A stretch of DNA of 64,000 nucleotides from Bulleidia sp. (GTDB taxonomy: Bacteria; Bacillota_I; Bacilli_A; Erysipelotrichales; Erysipelotrichaceae), in contig CAVDZA010000009.1 of assembly GCA_963613355.1 (NCBI GenBank), positions 4,115 to 68,114 of the forward strand, written 5' to 3'. The notes beneath the pieces are model-generated. The model searched no databases. It was not told the origin of the DNA and was given only the letters and a program-made list of their open reading frames with translations. Below, one piece after another: positions 29,407-38,932 of this stretch; position 1 is the first letter of the stretch, and every line of letters starts with the position of its first letter. The position numbers and the translations under genes are program-made.

Positions 29407-31593
29407 CTAAAATTCATTCGATAAACTTTCAATGATATTTTCTTTCAATCTTGTTTTTCTTAAATGACGATCCACTCGATTACATCCATCCATAAACACT
29501 TGTTTATCACCGACCATCAACAAACACTTCTTACTTCGAGTTATAGCGGTATAGATCAACTTTCGATTCAACATGATCGTATGTTGACTCGTGAAAGGAA
29601 TCATAACGATTGGATATTCACTACCTTGTGATTTATGAACAGAGATACAATACGCTAATGTAATGTCATTAAAGTTCTCTGGTTTATATTCTACATAATT
29701 GTTATCAAAATCAACTATGATCGAAGTGCGTTTATCTTCACTTAAATGGGATGGAACGATTTCTACGATCCTTCCAATATCTCCATTAAACACTAGATCA
29801 TCAGGTTGGTTCTTTAATTGAAGGATTTTATCTCCTTCTCTAAATATTTGGTAACCAACATTGATTTCTTCCTTCTCTTTTGAAGGAGGATTAAATGCTT
29901 GTTGTAAGGCTTTATTTAAGACATGTATTCCAGCATTTCCGTTATACATTGGAGATAACACTTGAATATCATTGATGTCATAATTCTTTTCATAACATTG
30001 TTCAACTAGTTGAATAATGACATCTTTGATCTGAATCGATGGCACATCAAAAAAAGTAGTATCTTTTTGATATTTCTCAAAATCAATCGTCCCATCTAAA
30101 ATATCTCTTGATAGAGAAATGACTCCACTTCCCTCTTTTTGACGATAGATATGTTTTAAACGAACGCTAGGAAAACATTCACTTTCAATTAAGTCACTTA
30201 AAACATTGCCACACGCAACAGATGGTAATTGATCTTCATCACCAATAATACAGATCTTTTTAATATTCTTACTAGCTTTTAATAGATTTGAAAAAAGATA
30301 AGTATCAACCATGGAAAACTCATCGATGATCAATACATCACATACAAGAGGGTTCTCTTCATTCTTTTGGAATTCATTGCTTTCTAAGTTCCACTCTAAT
30401 AAAGAATGGATCGTAGAAGAATCAACATCACAGATTTCAGAGATCCTTTTCGCAGCTCTCCCTGTTGGTGCACAACAAGAAATATTACAACCTGGATATA
30501 ACATTTTTAAAAGTGTGACCATAGCTTTAACGACAGTTGTTTTACCTGTTCCTGGACCACCCGTTAATATTGAAAAAGGTTCAGAAAATAATGTTGAAAT
30601 AGCTTTTATTTGCGACTGATCATATTCAATACCAATATCTTTTTGTAAGTTTTCTAAATAATCTTCAAAAAGTTCTGGGTCATATGGATCAAGATGTTTA
30701 TATGGAAAATAGGATAAAAATGAAGAGATGAACTTTTCAGAATCGAATTGTGCTTTTGGAAAGATCCTTCCATCATCATTCACTAAAGCTCTACTAATAA
30801 CACATGTATCCAATGTAACATCAAAGTCAACTTCATATCCTTTTGTCTTTTTTAAGAATGATTCTTTTAATTCATCTAAAGAAATATACGAATCACCATT
30901 TTTCATACATAAGTTTTCACATAATGCGATCAAATACGCATGTAATCTTCTAGGATCATCTTTTTCAAATCCTAAAGAACTTCCTATCTTATCTGCAGTT
31001 GCAAATCCAAAACCATCTAATTCTTCTACAACACGATATGGATTCTCTTTTAATTTCTTTAAAGCTTCTTTCCCATACTTTTGATTGATACGAATAAGAT
31101 TTCTCATACCAATTCCATGAATATTCATAAAAGAAACTAATTCCTGAAGTCCATCATCATCTTCTTGAATACCTTTAACGATACTATCGTATTGTTTTTT
31201 AGAGATCCTTTCTACTCTTAATAAACAATCAGGATCATCTTTGATTTCACTTAAACATTCTTCGCCTAATACTTCTACGATCTTTTCAGCCATCTTTTTT
31301 CCAATACCTGGAAATTTAGAACTGGATAAATAACGAATGATTCCTTCTCTTTCATTAGGTAAAGGCTTCTCTAAGGATTCCACTTTAAATTGAACACCAT
31401 ATTTTGGATGTTCTACATAATATCCTTGAATGTTATAAAGGACATCTTCCTCCACTTCAGGAAAGGTGCCCGTAATCGTAATATGACGTTCATTCTCCTC
31501 GTTGATCATAAATTTCGCTACTGTATAGTAGTTAGAATCGTTTCGAAATAGAATATACGTTATTTTTCCATTTAACCGAATTAGTTCATCCAT
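29407..31593 (-). CDS. recD2: RecD2 SF1B helicase
   Basis: N-terminal YGVQF and HhH regions; TGGPGTGKTT, APTGRAAKR, IDEFSM, GDEDQLPSV and SVHKSQGSEY motifs. Confidence 0.94.
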   Translation of the reverse strand: MDELIRLNGKITYILFRNDSNYYTVAKFMINEENERHITITGTFPEVEEDVLYNIQGYYVEHPKYGVQFKVESLEKPLPNEREGIIRYLSSSKFPGIGKKMAEKIVEVLGEECLSEIKDDPDCLLRVERISKKQYDSIVKGIQEDDDGLQELVSFMNIHGIGMRNLIRINQKYGKEALKKLKENPYRVVEELDGFGFATADKIGSSLGFEKDDPRRLHAYLIALCENLCMKNGDSYISLDELKESFLKKTKGYEVDFDVTLDTCVISRALVNDDGRIFPKAQFDSEKFISSFLSYFPYKHLDPYDPELFEDYLENLQKDIGIEYDQSQIKAISTLFSEPFSILTGGPGTGKTTVVKAMVTLLKMLYPGCNISCCAPTGRAAKRISEICDVDSSTIHSLLEWNLESNEFQKNEENPLVCDVLIIDEFSMVDTYLFSNLLKASKNIKKICIIGDEDQLPSVACGNVLSDLIESECFPSVRLKHIYRQKEGSGVISLSRDILDGTIDFEKYQKDTTFFDVPSIQIKDVIIQLVEQCYEKNYDINDIQVLSPMYNGNAGIHVLNKALQQAFNPPSKEKEEINVGYQIFREGDKILQLKNQPDDLVFNGDIGRIVEIVPSHLSEDKRTSIIVDFDNNYVEYKPENFNDITLAYCISVHKSQGSEYPIVMIPFTSQHTIMLNRKLIYTAITRSKKCLLMVGDKQVFMDGCNRVDRHLRKTRLKENIIESLSNEF

Positions 31594-31611
31594 ATAATTT
31601 AAAGAAGAAAA

Positions 31612-32754
31612 CTATTGATTAGACATGATACTTAAGATTTCTTTCATAAGATCTTTATCTTCTTTATAAACGACATCGATCTTACCACCACAAATGACAG
31701 TATCACCATCATAAATAACAGCTTCTTGTCCTGGCGTAACAGAGCGAATTCCTTCTGGATATTCACACACTAAAGTACCATCTTCTCTTTGTACTAAAGT
31801 AATTTCATTATCTTGTTGACGATAACGGAATTTCGCACCACATTTTAGAGGTAATGTTCTATCAGCCAACCAATTCACATCAATGATCGTACATGAAGTT
31901 GAGTATAACCATTCTTGATGCGCATCATCTGTTACATATAACTCATTCTTTTCAACATCTTTGCCTATGACATAGAATGGTCCAATACCACCAATATCTA
32001 GTCCTTTTCTTTGTCCAACTGTGTAATACATGACACCTTGGTGTTGACCAACGACTTCTTTCGAATTGATATCAATGATTTTTCCTGGTTTCATTGGTAA
32101 ATAGTTGGATAAGAATTGTCTAAAGTTTCTTTCTCCAATAAAACAAATACCTGTAGAATCTTTTTTCTTTGCGATAGATAAATCTAATTCTTCCGCAAGT
32201 CTTCTAACAGTAGGTTTATCAACTGTTCCTAAAGGAAATAATACATGATCTAAAACTTCTCTTTTGATTTCTGTTAAGAAATAAGATTGATCTTTATTTC
32301 TATCATCTGCTTTTTGTAGCACATGAACACCATTTTCTTCACCAAGTTTAGAGTAATGTCCTGTAGCTACCGTATCAAAACCTTGTTGATTCGCAAACTT
32401 CATAAAAGAATCAAACTTAATGTATTTATTACAAAGAATATCAGGATTAGGTGTTCTACCTCTTTTATATTCTTCTAGGAAAGTTTTAAATACTTCATCC
32501 CAATATTCCTTAATAAAATCAATTCTTAATAAAGGTAATCCTAGTTTATCTGCAACATCTTGTGCATCCTTATAGTCTGCCTCTTGTGGACATACCGCAT
32601 CATTGATCGTAGGATTTCCTTCAAAATCATCATTTGCCATAGAATCCCAGTTACGCATAAAAGCACAAGTAACATCATATCCTTGTTCTTTTAATAAATA
32701 TGCCGCAATAGCAGAATCGACTCCACCACTTAAACCAACCAATACTTTCTTCAT
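31612..32754 (-). CDS. mnmA: tRNA 2-thiouridine(34) synthase
   Basis: SGGVDS, MRNWD, TPNPDILCN, ATGHY, KDQSYFL, DSTGICFIG and TPGQ motifs. Confidence 0.97.
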   Translation of the reverse strand: MKKVLVGLSGGVDSAIAAYLLKEQGYDVTCAFMRNWDSMANDDFEGNPTINDAVCPQEADYKDAQDVADKLGLPLLRIDFIKEYWDEVFKTFLEEYKRGRTPNPDILCNKYIKFDSFMKFANQQGFDTVATGHYSKLGEENGVHVLQKADDRNKDQSYFLTEIKREVLDHVLFPLGTVDKPTVRRLAEELDLSIAKKKDSTGICFIGERNFRQFLSNYLPMKPGKIIDINSKEVVGQHQGVMYYTVGQRKGLDIGGIGPFYVIGKDVEKNELYVTDDAHQEWLYSTSCTIIDVNWLADRTLPLKCGAKFRYRQQDNEITLVQREDGTLVCEYPEGIRSVTPGQEAVIYDGDTVICGGKIDVVYKEDKDLMKEILSIMSNQ

Positions 32755-32781
32755 ATATCACCTTATACACAAAAAGAAGCA

Positions 32782-33216
32782 TTAAGCCTCTTCTTTATGA
32801 ACCTCTCCACAAGTTTTATAATTTGGACAATCATCATTACATACATGATATGCAATCTTTCTTAACTCTTTTGGCACAAAGACACCAATTTCTTCTTCAT
32901 CATATCCAACTTGGAAATTATTCTCATTTAGAATAATAGGTCTTTTTAAGATACTTGGATTCATCTTAATGAAATGGATCAACTCATCAGTCTTCATAGA
33001 ATCAATATCAATATTAGATTGTTGAATGATCTTGCTACGTTTACTAACGATATCATCTGTACCATTTTCACTTCTCATCAAAAGATGTTTGATTTCATTA
33101 TCATTTAATAAAGTCTTAAAAATATTTTTCTCAACAAAAGGAAGATTTCTATCTTTTAGCCACTGTTTCACTTTTCTACAAGATGCACATCCTGGTGAAG
33201 TATATACAACGATCAT
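32782..33216 (-). CDS. spx: Spx-family redox regulator (ArsC fold) with a C-terminal Cys cluster
   Basis: YTSPGCASCRK (CXXC), ENGTDDI, LKRPII and VGYDEEEI; tail CNDDCPNYKTC. Confidence 0.92.
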   Translation of the reverse strand: MIVVYTSPGCASCRKVKQWLKDRNLPFVEKNIFKTLLNDNEIKHLLMRSENGTDDIVSKRSKIIQQSNIDIDSMKTDELIHFIKMNPSILKRPIILNENNFQVGYDEEEIGVFVPKELRKIAYHVCNDDCPNYKTCGEVHKEEA

Positions 33217-33278
33217 AATTTTCCTCCTTTTTTCAACAGAAATATTATAACAAATACGTCAACACTTTTAACATACAC

Positions 33279-33307
33279 TTGATTGTCTTTGTCGTTTCTT
33301 CTAAAAT
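33279..33307 (+). promoter_or_regulatory. sigmaA promoter of the trpS leader
   Basis: TTGATT-N17-TAAAAT immediately upstream of T-box stem I. Confidence 0.7.
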
Positions 33308-33313
33308 AATGGT

Positions 33314-33527
33314 CATAAAAGGAAGTGCATGATTCAATATCTCCCTGTTTAGAAAGACAGTGTTTGATGAAAACTGTTCAAAGATCTGAATCAATTGGAG
33401 CTTCATCATATCTTTTATACGTGAATCGTTTATCTTCATAAAGTGATCTCTAACTTTGAGATAAGACGGGTGGTACCGCGCAAATCGTCTCTTGCGTCCC
33501 TTCAAATGTTGAAGAGACGTTTTTATT
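33314..33527 (+). promoter_or_regulatory. T-box riboswitch, Trp specifier (UGG)
   Basis: Stem I pairs GAAGU/GCUUC and UGAUUCA/UGAAUCA around UGG-A (33396-33398); T-box GGGUGGUACCGCG (33468-33480); terminator GCGUCCCUUCAA/UUGAAGAGACGU followed by a U-tract. Confidence 0.92.
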
Positions 33528-33540
33528 TGGAGGTACAAAA

Positions 33541-34533
33541 ATGAAAAGAATGTTATCTGGCATCAAGCCTACAGGAGAACTTCATTTAGGTTCTTATATT
33601 GGCGCATTAAAACAATTTGTTAAGTATCAAGATGATTATGAAATGTTTGCGTTCATCGCTAATCTACACTGTATTACGGTTCCACAAGATCCTGAAGTCC
33701 TACAAAAGAACTTACATGATTGTGTAGCACTTTATCTAGCGTGTGGTCTAGATCCTAACAAAGCTACGATCTTCCTACAAACAGATGTTCCTGCACATGC
33801 GACACTAGGCTATATCATGTGTTGTCATACTTATATGGGTGAATTAAACCGTATGACACAATTCAAAGATAAACAAGCCAAAGGAGAAAAGAATCTCACT
33901 GGAGGACTTTATACATACCCTGCATTAATGGCTGCTGATATCTTATTGTATGATCCAACTTATGTACCTGTTGGAGAAGACCAAAAACAACATGTTGAAC
34001 TAACAAGAGATGTCGCACAAAGAATGAACAATCGTTATGGTGAATTATTTACGATTCCTGAACCACTTGTTGGTAAAGTTGGTGCTAGGATCATGTCATT
34101 AACAGACCCTACGAAAAAGATGAGTAAATCTGATGGTACAAATAAAGGATGTATTTATTTGTTAGATGACTTAAAAGCTGCTAGAAAGAAAGTCATGGGT
34201 GCAGTAACGGATAACTTAGCACATGTTCATTTTGATCCAGTCAACCAGCCAGGTATCTCAAATCTTATGCAGATCTATTCTTCATTAAACAATGATCGTT
34301 CTTTTGAAGAAATCGAAAAAGAATTTGAAGGTAAAGGATATGGTGATTTCAAACGAGCTGTAGCTGATAGTGTTTGTGAATTACTAGAAACCATTCAAAC
34401 AAAATATAAAGAAATCTGTGAATCTAATATCATTGAAGAAACATTAGAAGCTGGTGCTAAAAAAGCAAATGTCATTGCGAATGAAAAGATCCAAAAAGTT
34501 CAAAAAGCCATTGGCATGGAAATTGTGAAGTAA
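33541..34533 (+). CDS. trpS: Tryptophan--tRNA ligase
   Basis: SGIKPTGELHLG, YPALMAADIL, VPVGEDQKQH and KMSKS motifs. Confidence 0.97.
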   Translation: MKRMLSGIKPTGELHLGSYIGALKQFVKYQDDYEMFAFIANLHCITVPQDPEVLQKNLHDCVALYLACGLDPNKATIFLQTDVPAHATLGYIMCCHTYMGELNRMTQFKDKQAKGEKNLTGGLYTYPALMAADILLYDPTYVPVGEDQKQHVELTRDVAQRMNNRYGELFTIPEPLVGKVGARIMSLTDPTKKMSKSDGTNKGCIYLLDDLKAARKKVMGAVTDNLAHVHFDPVNQPGISNLMQIYSSLNNDRSFEEIEKEFEGKGYGDFKRAVADSVCELLETIQTKYKEICESNIIEETLEAGAKKANVIANEKIQKVQKAIGMEIVK

Positions 34534-34540
34534 AGAAAAC

Positions 34541-34569
34541 AAAGGGTGTGAATTATATCACACCCTTTT
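34541..34569. terminator. Bidirectional terminator between trpS and thrS
   Basis: AAAGGGTGTGA-attata-TCACACCCTTT between convergent genes. Confidence 0.85.
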
Positions 34570-34575
34570 AACTAC

Positions 34576-36336
34576 TTATTTTTTACTAGCGATTTCTTCT
34601 CTTAAGCTCTTGTAGAAATCTTCAGCACTCATCGCAACTTGTTCACGACTACCATAACGTCTAACAGTTACTTCATTCTTTTCAACTTCACCATCACCTA
34701 CAACGATCTGTACAGGAACTTTTGAAGTTTGTGCTTCACGAATACGATAACCTAATTTTTCATTTCTAGCATCTAAAGAAGCTCTAACGCCCATAGCTAA
34801 TAAGTTATCAACAACCCCTTGAGCATATGTAGAATGTACTTCAGGAGCGACAGGAACTACAACGACTTGTTTTGGAGATAACCATAGAGGTAATACACCC
34901 TTTGTTTCTTCTAATAAGAACGCAATGAAACGATCTAAAGAACCTAAGATAGCTCTATGAATAACGACTGGTCTCTTCTTTTCTTGATCAGAATCTACAT
35001 ATTCCAATTCAAATCTTTCAGGTAATTGATAATCCAATTGGATCGTAGATAAAGTAACGTCATGACCTAAAGCAGAACGAACCTGAACGTCGATCTTTGG
35101 ACCATAGAATGCAGCTTCACCTTCAGCTTCATAGAATGGAACATCCATTTCTTTTAATACAGCTCTTAATTCAGCTTCACTCTTTTCCCATAGTTCATCA
35201 TGTCCGAAATATTTTTCTTTATTTTGAGGGTCTCTCAAAGATAATCTGAATGAATACTTTTCAAAACCAAAGTCATTATAAACATCTAAGATCAACTTCG
35301 TAACATCCTTGATCTCATTGGCAATCTGATCAGGTCTGCAGAAGATATGAGAGTCATTCTGTGTAAAAGCTCTAGCTCTTTCAATACCTGTCAAAGCACC
35401 ACTCGCTTCAAAACGGAAGTCATTAGCGATTTCTGCGATCCTAACAGGAAGATCTCTGTAGGAATGAAGCTTACTCTTGAACATGATCATATGTTCAGGA
35501 CAGTTCATAGGTCTTAAAGCATATTCATTTTCAGGATCCTTAGCAGAAACCATACCTGGGAACATATCATCTTTATAATGATCCCAATGTCCTGAAATCT
35601 TATATAACTTTGTATTAACGACACTAGGTGTCATGACATGTAAGTAACCCTGTGCGAGTTCCTTGTTCATGATGTAATCAGATAACAAACGACGTACTGT
35701 GAAACCATTTGGTAGATACATTGGTAGACCAGCACCAACAGTTTCAGAGAACATGAACATTTGAAGGTCTTTTCCTAACTTTCTATGATCTCTTAATTTA
35801 GCTTCTTCAAGATCTTGAAGATGTGCTTCTAATTCTTCAGCAGTTGGGAAACAAACACCATAGATTCTTTGTAGAACTTTGTTATTCTTATCACCCTTCC
35901 AATATGCACCAGAATGTTTTGTTAACTTGAAGTTCTTACATAATTTTTCATTATCGACATGAGGTCCACGACATAGATCTGTGTAATCACCTTGTGTATA
36001 CATAGAAATGTTTGTACCTTCAGGCATTCTAGTAATCAAATCAACTTTATAAAGGTCATCTTTGAATTGTTCTAATGCTTCTTCTCTTGAGATTTCATGA
36101 CGAACGATCTTTTTACCATCTTTAGCGATCTTCTTCATTTCTTTTTCGATCTTCTTAAGATCATCATCTGTAATCGTTACTTCTCCAAGGTCTACATCAT
36201 AGTAGAAACCTTCTTCTACGACTGGTCCGACCCAGAACTTCGCATTAGGCCAAATGTGTTGGATCGCATGTGCCATCATATGTGCACATGAGTGATTTAG
36301 TGTTTCTAAATCTTTGTTTTCTGTAAAATTAATCAT
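34576..36336 (-). CDS. thrS: Threonine--tRNA ligase lacking the N-terminal TGS domain
   Basis: Begins at the editing-domain motif HSCAH; also DLCRGPH, RDHRKLG, RPMNCP, AAFYGPK and IHRAILGS. Confidence 0.96.
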   Translation of the reverse strand: MINFTENKDLETLNHSCAHMMAHAIQHIWPNAKFWVGPVVEEGFYYDVDLGEVTITDDDLKKIEKEMKKIAKDGKKIVRHEISREEALEQFKDDLYKVDLITRMPEGTNISMYTQGDYTDLCRGPHVDNEKLCKNFKLTKHSGAYWKGDKNNKVLQRIYGVCFPTAEELEAHLQDLEEAKLRDHRKLGKDLQMFMFSETVGAGLPMYLPNGFTVRRLLSDYIMNKELAQGYLHVMTPSVVNTKLYKISGHWDHYKDDMFPGMVSAKDPENEYALRPMNCPEHMIMFKSKLHSYRDLPVRIAEIANDFRFEASGALTGIERARAFTQNDSHIFCRPDQIANEIKDVTKLILDVYNDFGFEKYSFRLSLRDPQNKEKYFGHDELWEKSEAELRAVLKEMDVPFYEAEGEAAFYGPKIDVQVRSALGHDVTLSTIQLDYQLPERFELEYVDSDQEKKRPVVIHRAILGSLDRFIAFLLEETKGVLPLWLSPKQVVVVPVAPEVHSTYAQGVVDNLLAMGVRASLDARNEKLGYRIREAQTSKVPVQIVVGDGEVEKNEVTVRRYGSREQVAMSAEDFYKSLREEIASKK

Positions 36337-36355
36337 TTATGTACTCCTTTGAGGA

Positions 36356-36562
36356 CAAAATAAAACGTCCTCTCTTCTAAGAAAGGACGCTGATCTAGCG
36401 CGGTACCACCTTTGTTCCCTTTCGGGCTCTCAAATCCTTAACGCGGAAAACGGTAAACTTTTTCAAGTACTGTTCACAGGGAGTAATCATAACGTTTCTC
36501 ATTTCTTTTTCACCAACCAAGAAACTCTCTACATCAATGACGTTATCATCATGTCCTGATCA
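36356..36562 (-). promoter_or_regulatory. T-box riboswitch, Thr specifier (ACU)
   Basis: Stem I pairs CAGG/CCUG and AUAACGU/ACGUUAU around a loop with ACU (36482-36484); AGAGAG and GGUGAAA motifs; T-box AAGGUGGUACCGCG (36399-36412); terminator before the thrS RBS. Confidence 0.9.
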
Positions 36563-36601
36563 TTACATTTAACAAAATTTTAATTTTTAAATTGTTAGGT
36601 G

Positions 36602-37075
36602 TCAATAGGAAAAATGTTCATTCCTTTGATTGCCACTTAACATTTCATCAAACTTTTGACATCGGTTCATTTGTTCCTTGATCGTACGATAATCTACATC
36701 AACTTCATAAACTAGATTCTTACTAAAATAGAGTCTTGTTCGTTTACTACCAATGGATTGAAAATCCATCACACTGTTATATAACACCCAAACATTATTT
36801 CTTTGTGTAATTCCTCGAATTGGAAAATATATACAATGTGAGATTTCAGAAACTAATATAGCTGACTTTTGTTTAGATTCTGTCATAGCTTGAAAAGATT
36901 TCATTCTCCCTTCAACAGAAGATCCAAATTCCTTACATACATAATCAAACCAATCTTTAACACAAAAATCATGATGTTGTGTTTGATCTTTCGAATAAAT
37001 GAAATTACAAGTCAGATCGTTTTCTTCAATAATAAAAGGTCTACTATATTTATTTGCAACAACAGCATTCGTCAT
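36602..37075 (-). CDS. comK: ComK-family competence transcription factor
   Basis: C..FGSSVEGR, K.AIL...IYFP, VW, T.LYF...V.V..RT...Q..R pattern of ComK. Probable start is ATG 37075 (GAGG upstream), inside the 3' end of ridA. Confidence 0.78.
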   Translation of the reverse strand: MTNAVVANKYSRPFIIEENDLTCNFIYSKDQTQHHDFCVKDWFDYVCKEFGSSVEGRMKSFQAMTESKQKSAILVSEISHCIYFPIRGITQRNNVWVLYNSVMDFQSIGSKRTRLYFSKNLVYEVDVDYRTIKEQMNRCQKFDEMLSGNQRNEHFSY

Positions 37076-37502
37076 CACAACATTCCTCTTCCCCACAACA
37101 AAGAACTTCTAGTGCTCTAAAATCAATCGCAAAAGCTTCGATTTCTACTAAAGCTCCACCTACTAGTCCACTCACTTCACATGCACTTCTTGCTGGAAAT
37201 GGTTCCTCAAAGTATTGAGAATATATTTCATTCATTCCCGCAAAATCATCAATATTCTTTAAGAAAACAGTTGTCTTAACGACATACTTCATATCCATAT
37301 TCGCTTCTTCAAGCACTGTTTTCATATTTTCTAAACATTGTTTTGTTTGTTCTTTGATTCCACCTTCTACGACTTGATTCGTAGTAGGATCGATAGGTAA
37401 TTGTCCTGAAATATAGATCTGTTCACAAACTTTCAATGCTGGAGAATATGGTCCTTTTGCCTTTGGACCATTCTTCGTTGTAATCTTTTCTTTAATATCC
37501 AT
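37050..37502 (-). CDS. ridA: RidA (YjgF/YER057c/UK114) enamine deaminase with a Cys-rich C-terminal tail
   Basis: GPYS, YISGQLP, VKTTVFL, FAGMNEIY, PARS (catalytic Arg) and VEIE; tail CCGEEECCDDECCCCK. Start at ATG 37502. Confidence 0.9.
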   Translation of the reverse strand: MDIKEKITTKNGPKAKGPYSPALKVCEQIYISGQLPIDPTTNQVVEGGIKEQTKQCLENMKTVLEEANMDMKYVVKTTVFLKNIDDFAGMNEIYSQYFEEPFPARSACEVSGLVGGALVEIEAFAIDFRALEVLCCGEEECCDDECCCCK

Positions 37503-37692
37503 CTTCTTCCTCACTTTGTGAATCATCATAATCATCTTCCGCATCTTCTAAAAATGATAAATAAAGTTCTTCTCTTTTCTTTGATACAGATGCATGATTA
37601 CGATCAGAAATGACATAAATGATATATAAGCAGAACACTACGATCAATATCATCACAATAAAACTAAGATAATCACTTAAATTCTCTAGCAT
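37492..37692 (-). CDS. Small single-pass membrane protein with an acidic tail
   Basis: One hydrophobic helix; own TATAAT and GAGGTG RBS; overlaps the ridA start. Confidence 0.7.
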   Translation of the reverse strand: MLENLSDYLSFIVMILIVVFCLYIIYVISDRNHASVSKKREELYLSFLEDAEDDYDDSQSEEEDGY

Positions 37693-37724
37693 TTCTTCAT
37701 CACCTCAATTTCATTATACGTTAT

Positions 37725-38255
37725 TTATTTTGTTAGTCCATTGATATGAACTCTCTCTAAAAAGTCTTCTCCTTTGATCGTTTCATGTTTACAAAGATCA
37801 GGATAATCTAATTGTTTAATCACTTCATAGGAAACAAGCGCAACACAATTCGATAAATTTAAGCTTCTAGCTTCTTTGACCATAGGAATACGAATACATG
37901 TCTCTAAATGGTCATATAGAATATCTTTCGGAATTCCAGTACTTTCTTTTCCAAATACTAAATAAATATCTTCATCTGAAGTTGTATAATCAAACTCATC
38001 TGGTGTCTTTGTAGCGTATCTAGACACAAAGTAAAAAGCACCTTTATTCTTCTCAATAAAAGCATTCCAATTAGGATAGATCTGATAATTAACATCTTTG
38101 ACATAATCCATTCCAGCTCTTCTTAGATGTTTTTCATCTAAAGAAAAACCTAAAGGTTCGATGAGATGTAAACGCATATTAAAAGCCATGCATGTACGCA
38201 TGATATTTCCAGTATTTGCTGGGATTTCAGGTTCATATAGTACGATATTGATCAT
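37725..38255 (-). CDS. trmL: tRNA (cytidine/uridine-34-2'-O)-methyltransferase
   Basis: PEIPANTGNI, LIEPLGF, RRAGMDY, FGKESTG and RSLNLSN motifs. Confidence 0.95.
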   Translation of the reverse strand: MINIVLYEPEIPANTGNIMRTCMAFNMRLHLIEPLGFSLDEKHLRRAGMDYVKDVNYQIYPNWNAFIEKNKGAFYFVSRYATKTPDEFDYTTSDEDIYLVFGKESTGIPKDILYDHLETCIRIPMVKEARSLNLSNCVALVSYEVIKQLDYPDLCKHETIKGEDFLERVHINGLTK

Positions 38256-38932
38256 AAACTTAACTTTTTCATCTTTCTAATAAATAAATAAACGATTCCA
38301 ATCATAATGACATAAAGCACCATAATGATCATCACAAGATCAAAGAAGAAGCTTTCTGGGAACATATTGATCATGATGGAAGTATTTGGATCCAAGATAA
38401 ATAAATCATTATCAAAAAACAAATAATGAAAATTCATCCAGAAATCATAGAAATCACATAACGCATAAATAGCTAATAAAGAAACAAATAACAATAATAG
38501 AAACAATCCTATCTTCAAACCATTTTCATAATAAACAAAGAATTGTTTCTTTTCTCTCATATAAAGAATGATTCCTAGCAAAACAGAAGCTCCAAACAAG
38601 ATATAACCAGCATTCTTTGCGTTTATACATAGATTCTTTACATCGATCATATGAAGTGTTTCTCTTTCGTTAAACACTTCTCTTGTATAGTCATTTACTT
38701 GTGCTTCTACAACGATATCATCTCTTTTATCTTCTAAGTAATCCAACAAGGTATCAGTTGCCTTCATCAGATCTTCATCACTCATACCAATGACTTCTGC
38801 CTGATGATTCTTTTGATATTCATAAGAATAAAAACCATGTTGAAAACTCATAAAGAAGATGATTCCAATCAACATAGAAACTAGGAAACAAAGGCTTGAA
38901 ATAACAGCTAATAACTTAGATGTTTTGTTCAT
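38252..38932 (-). CDS. TIGR01906/DUF1461 membrane protein; probable lipoprotein intramolecular transacylase (Lit)
   Basis: Four TM helices with E.LHMIDVKNL and F..FHYLFF.NDLF.LDP...I.MFPESFF motifs, including two conserved His. Confidence 0.75.
   Translation of the reverse strand: MNKTSKLLAVISSLCFLVSMLIGIIFFMSFQHGFYSYEYQKNHQAEVIGMSDEDLMKATDTLLDYLEDKRDDIVVEAQVNDYTREVFNERETLHMIDVKNLCINAKNAGYILFGASVLLGIILYMREKKQFFVYYENGLKIGLFLLLLFVSLLAIYALCDFYDFWMNFHYLFFDNDLFILDPNTSIMINMFPESFFFDLVMIIMVLYVIMIGIVYLFIRKMKKLSL

Noticed and set aside
33245..33538. 97-aa minus-strand ORF between spx and trpS
   Set aside because: It coincides with the trpS promoter and T-box on the opposite strand.
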